A stretch of 64,000 nucleotides of DNA from NCBI RefSeq assembly GCF_009914755.1, contig NC_060928.1. One strand, given 5' to 3'. Shown here in pieces: positions 59,346 to 64,000 of the stretch (its first letter is position 1; every line of letters begins with the position of its first letter). This DNA comes from the human T2T-CHM13v2.0 reference genome, Homo sapiens. The position numbers and the translations under genes are program-made. A model generated the notes under the pieces. That model worked only from the letters and a program-made list of their open reading frames with translations. It did no database searches and had not been told where the DNA came from.

Positions 59346-60919
59346 AGGTGTTTGAAGTCATGATTTGGTGAAAATGGGACAGTGAAGACGTTCTGAAAAA
59401 AAAAAAGGCATATGATGAGGTTTGGACATTGAGAGGTATAGGCTGGCTGTAGGAGTCGGGTAAGTGCCAAGGAAAAGGGCCTCAGGGTAGCTTTTGAATG
59501 GGATTTGGCGACAGGGAAGGAGAGAAAGCTTTGGGGTGGTGAGAACAAGGGAAGGGAAAGGGAAAACAAAAGCGTGGAGGTGGGAAAGGAAACCTGGGGA
59601 GAAAGGTAAGCGATTGCCTCATTTGGAGTCTTGTGTTTATGTTTGGCTTGCAAATAGAAGCATATATAATTCTAGGGTTGGGCTTTTCTTGCCAAGGAAT
59701 GGATTTTCTCCTTTCTGTTCTTAGGTTTATGCTGTGATGCACAGTGACACGTACCTCTCTCTGTTCAGCAAGGTTCATTCCGGCTATTCATTTAACAGCT
59801 GGAAAGTTCTATATCTGTGGCAAAGATGATCTGCGGTGGAGGGTTTATTCCTGGCCCCTGGCCTTCCTGGCCTTGGTCTTTTGAGTGCTTGCCGGATCCC
59901 TAATTCCTTTCCGGTTCCAGTAGTGAGAGGAATAAACACTTAAAACTCCAGTCCAATACACTCTCAATGTCAATACCCTCCCTATCTTTAAAAGAAGAAA
60001 AAAAAATACTAAATCATCTTTGTTTAAAGAATCCTGGCCCCTGTGATTTGTTAATTTGTTCGTGGTTTTATACTGTTACTACTGTAACAGTTTGCACTAC
60101 ACCATTTAGCAACTGATTACTACTTTGTATTAGCCTCTAATTGTTTAATGGGTGTACATTTTATCTCCTTAAAAAGATTGTAAGATGCCTTAGTCATGGG
60201 ACTGTGCTGTTTATCTCATAGCCCTGACTGCTGACTTAATTGCCTTTTTCAAGTGTCTCTCTTGCCTAACCCTCACCACTCAGTACTCTGCCTGGCACAT
60301 ACTAGGTACTCAGTAAACATTTAATAAATGAAATGCCTCCTGGAGAGCAGGAACAAGCTTGTTATTTATATTGTTCTGGTCCCCTAGCAGAATTATCTTC
60401 TCTGGTGGGCACTCAGCACTCTGGTGTGACTTCATCGCTGTGCCTTTCAGCAGGGGAAATATAATCTCCCGGTTGCCCTATAAAGAATTGCCACCTGAAC
60501 ACTATGCCCACAAGAAGTCTGCTGAGAAATAACTGTTGATAGATTGACTTAGCCTCAAAGACATCCTTGATTCTTTTCTAAAGTGTGCATCTGCCCTTCC
60601 ACAATAAACGATATTTGTGGTTATCTTGGCCAGGCTACCTAAGAAATACTTTAGGAGAATGTAATTTGAGTATCTTCTTGGCTTGAGAAAGCAAGCAAAC
60701 AAACCAATAAGCAGAATGAAACCAACAAAACCCAATAGCAAAAGGATCTTCGTGTTTAATAACCCTATCTGCAAATTTTAAACAATTTTGTGCCCCTGGG
60801 AGAAAGAATGCCTCCTTGCGTGTGAATTTCCAGGGCTTTTAATTTATAGTGACAGTACATTCAACACTTCCTTTTAAATTTGAAGGGAGGTGGCCTTAAA
60901 AATATGCTGGCAACTAGTT

Positions 60920-61710
60920 TGGATGAGAAAGATTCCGGTTCTTTATTTATTCAAACCAATTAGACCAGGTCTGAACAGGATTTACAACAGAGAGCAGATC
61001 TTGGGTGCACAAGAGCTTTGCTTCATTCCAGGTTGGCGAAAACAAGTCAAGTCTACATCATTGTTCTGTCAGCCGGTTCAGGATACAGCACAGAGTCGAT
61101 GGGATGGGGGTGGGAAGGTGATGAGTTCAGGTAAATGTACCTAGGCGAGTCAGAGGCTAAAGTAAATTCTCTTAAATAGGCCTTTTCAGTGGCTGCTAAA
61201 TCTCGCTCATTTCCCATGAATTAGCTGTGGGATATTGGGGACAACTTACTTCACATTTCTAGGTCTTAGTCTCTTCATTCGTAAAAGGGGGTAACGATAA
61301 TTTTGGAGTTATAGCATGTAAATGTGTAAAACGGTTAGAGCAATGCCTGGTACACTCACACATAGCACGCGCTTTGTGAAATGTTTGGCAAGTAAATAAA
61401 ACGCTAAGCTATGCTAACCGCGTCTAAACAGCCAGCCACTTGTAAGCCCCACCTATATTGAAATTACGGGGACGCTGCTGTTTTCCGATTGCAAGATTTT
61501 CCTGATCCATGCAATTACTTTCGCTGCCCTCTACGAGGCTGAAACTCGCCCTCAGGATGTGGGACGTCTGGACTCTTCTCTCCGTCCCCTTGTAGCCCCC
61601 CACTCCCCCTCGCGGTGGTACCGTGAATGAGGGAGAGGTACACGTCCCCCTTCTTCCCCGCCTCCTATCTTCGCGGCTCGCTAAAGCGTTATCAGCCGCC
61701 CCACGGTACT
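60920..61710 (-). ncRNA. STIM2-AS1: Probable divergent antisense lncRNA (I recall STIM2-AS1 being annotated here; boundaries inferred)
   Basis: Bidirectional-type CpG promoter; minus-strand AATAAA (TTTATT 60942-60947); minus-strand donor-like GAA|GTAAGT at 61249; name from memory only. Confidence 0.4.
61200..61400 (+). mobile_element. MIR
   Basis: TTAGCTGTGGGA..CTTCATTCGTAAAAGGGGG..AATGTGTAAAACGGTTAGAGCAATGCCTGG. Confidence 0.7.
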
Positions 61711-62760
61711 ACCGTCCGTCTAGGAACGCCTCCGGGGCGGGGCTGGGATGCCGCGCACGCGCAGTACAGCAGCGCCGCGCCTGCGCCGTGGAGAGCCTGA
61801 GGGAGGCGGGGGATTGGTATGCGAGCGAATGTGCGAGGGGAGGGAGGCGTCCCGGCGGAGCGTGGTACTACGACCAGCGCGGGCCGGAGGGGGCGGGGGG
61901 ATGCGCCGCGGCGGCGGCGGCGCGGGAGCTGGGGTTGGTGTTTGGCGGCGCCAGAGCAGCGGATCCCGGTCTCGCCGCAGCAGCAGCGCGGGTGTCGTGC
62001 ACCGCCTGAAGACGCCGTACCTTTCTACCCCCCACCTTTTTTTTTTTTTTTTTAAATAACCGGAACCAATGAACGCAGCCGGGATCAGAGCTCCGGAGGC
62101 CGCCGGTGCCGATGGGACCAGGCTGGCGCCCGGCGGGAGCCCGTGTCTGAGGCGGCGGGGGCGGCCGGAGGAGTCGCCGGCGGCGGTGGTGGCGCCTCGC
62201 GGAGCCGGCGAGCTGCAGGCGGCCGGGGCGCCGCTGCGCTTTCACCCGGCTTCTCCTCGGCGCCTTCATCCCGCCTCGACTCCTGGCCCAGCGTGGGGCT
62301 GGCTGCTGCGGCGGCGGCGCTGGGCTGCGTTGCTGGTGCTCGGGCTGCTGGTAGCCGGAGCGGCGGACGGATGCGAGCTTGTGCCCCGGCACCTCCGCGG
62401 GCGGCGGGCGACTGGCTCTGCCGCAACTGCCGCCTCCTCTCCCGCCGCGGCGGCCGGCGATAGCCCGGCGCTCATGACAGGTGAGGGGCCGGGGGGCGGC
62501 GGGCGGGGCTCGGCCGGCAGCGATGGGACCCCCAACCCGTGCAGAGGTCAGCATCTCCGCCGGACGTCCGCTATTCCGCGGCTCCGGCCAGGGCGCGATG
62601 CGGAGCCCTGCCTGCTGCTTCGTCGCGGTCCCCTGCACTCCGGACGTCTTTCCTTTTCACCCCGACACCCCGCCCTCGCCGAGCCTCTCGACGGCACTGA
62701 TTCCCCTCCCTTCAGTCGGGCTCTCCGATCTTCCAAGCTGAGCAATGCGGTGGTTTCTCT
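61540..62760 (+). promoter_or_regulatory. STIM2: STIM2 CpG-island promoter (TATA-less)
   Basis: GC box GGGGCGGGGC 61734-61743; NRF1-like GCGCACGCGCA 61753-61763 and GCGCCTGCGC 61777-61786; reverse CCAAT 61813-61817. Confidence 0.9.
62069..62480 (+). CDS. STIM2: STIM2 (stromal interaction molecule 2) exon 1 coding part: long signal peptide and luminal N-terminus; alternative UUG start at 62330
   Basis: Translation ..LLVLGLLVAGAADG/CELVPRHLRGRRATGSAATAASSPAAAAGDSPALMT is the recognised human STIM2 N-terminus; donor CAG|GTGAGG at 62480/62481 (phase 1, next residue Asp). Confidence 0.95.
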
Positions 62761-64000
62761 TTCGTGCTGCAGAAGTGCCAGCAGGGTCTGCAGGGGACTG
62801 GGCTGATTTTTTTTTTTTTTTTTTTTTGAGGCTGCTAGAAAAAGTCAGCAGCAGCATTGCGGTATTGAGTCTACCTCTGGTGCTGCTTTTGCAAAGGCAG
62901 CTGGCAGCGAGTCTCACCGGTTCAAAGCCCCGCTTGAGCACAGCGTCCCAGGGGAGCCTGCTAAAGGGGATTCTTTGAGAGCCATAATACCTAGTGATAT
63001 TAGTGGTTCCGTGTTAGTATGCAGAAATGCCTAAGTTTACAGTGCATTTTTTGCGGGGTGGAAGGAGGCCGTTTTAAGTGGTGATGGAAAGTGTTTGGTG
63101 GTGGGAGCATCACTGGGTGACAAAGGGTGTAGAAACCTCAGCAGGTAACCAGAAATTATACCTAAAATTTGCAAAGTGCAGCATACTCGGGGCTTGCAGC
63201 TGGCAGCACAGTTCTGATAGACTGCACTAGCACCTTTTTTTTAATATATAGAACGATCTCATAATTGAAAACTTGGAAACGTGTTTTGTAAGGTTAAGTG
63301 CAGAATTGTATCCTTTTTAAAGCCTTCCGGTGTTATGTACAACTGATCAGTTGTGGTTTAAGTAAAAGTTATTATATAAGGACCCTGAAATGATTTCTTT
63401 GGGAAAAGTAATGGAGCTAAAATAATGGTTTTTTTTTTTTTTAGTATTTCACTTATTTTTAAAGTAGATCTGTAGATTTCCTACAATAATTGTAAGACTA
63501 AAAAGTTTAAAGTGGCAGAAGATGACCCGTGATTAATTTAACCAAAATGATAGTCCTGCGGGCGTCTGGAAGTTACTAACAGCTTCTCTGACAAGTGCTC
63601 AGGAACTGTATTCTTTAAAGCCAAGCAGTTTCTCTGATTTCTATGATAGGATATTTACTATTCTAGAGAGAAGAAGGATGTTGGTAAACTTTAAAAGCTT
63701 TGGAGGATGTAGAGTATAGAACATAATGGTCAGCATGTTTAACTTTACCCTGAAGCATATCAAGCCCTATTAAATGGAACTTGATACATCAAACCTACCA
63801 ATTGGGTAACTGGGATAAAGTGATTATAGAATAATCAGTATTAGGAGCATAGTACAGTTTGAGTGAGAAGATAGGTCAGACAGCTTTATGCTTGAATAGT
63901 ATTTATTCTCCAAATAAAAATGTGGCAAGTAACAGTATAGTGAAGAATAGTGATTATTAGGAAAGTTGATAAATAAGACTATAATTTGAAGATTTAATGC
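62481..64000 (+). other. STIM2: STIM2 intron 1 (5' part), with a T21 run at 62807-62827
   Basis: Begins at the GT donor; no STIM2 exon 2 peptide (DPCMSL..) seen in the window. Confidence 0.88.

Noticed and set aside
61868-62638. 256-aa antisense ORF over STIM2 exon 1
   Set aside because: GC-content artefact opposite a real exon, running through a poly-A-derived Lys tract.

Overview
Human (primate) genomic DNA, mostly intergenic and dense in repeats: Alu, L1, L2, MIR, MaLR/ERVL/ERV1 LTRs and DNA-transposon MITEs. It ends in the CpG-island promoter and first coding exon of STIM2, the ER Ca2+ sensor. The exon runs from AUG 62069 through the in-frame UUG at 62330 to the splice donor after 62480, and intron 1 continues to the window end. 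A second CpG island lies about 3.3 kb upstream (58.5-59.0 kb), and a small orphan CpG patch lies at about 5.7 kb. Almost all other ORFs in the track derive from Alu/L1/LTR sequence or from high GC content. I found no convincing new gene or wholly new system. The best leads are the STIM2 5' leader (T17 run followed by stops in all three frames, in-frame uORFs, a nested 12-codon uORF, AUG/UUG dual start), the upstream island with a candidate exon, the orphan CpG patch, and an apparent L1 3' transduction. Repeat subfamilies and boundaries were called by eye and are approximate.
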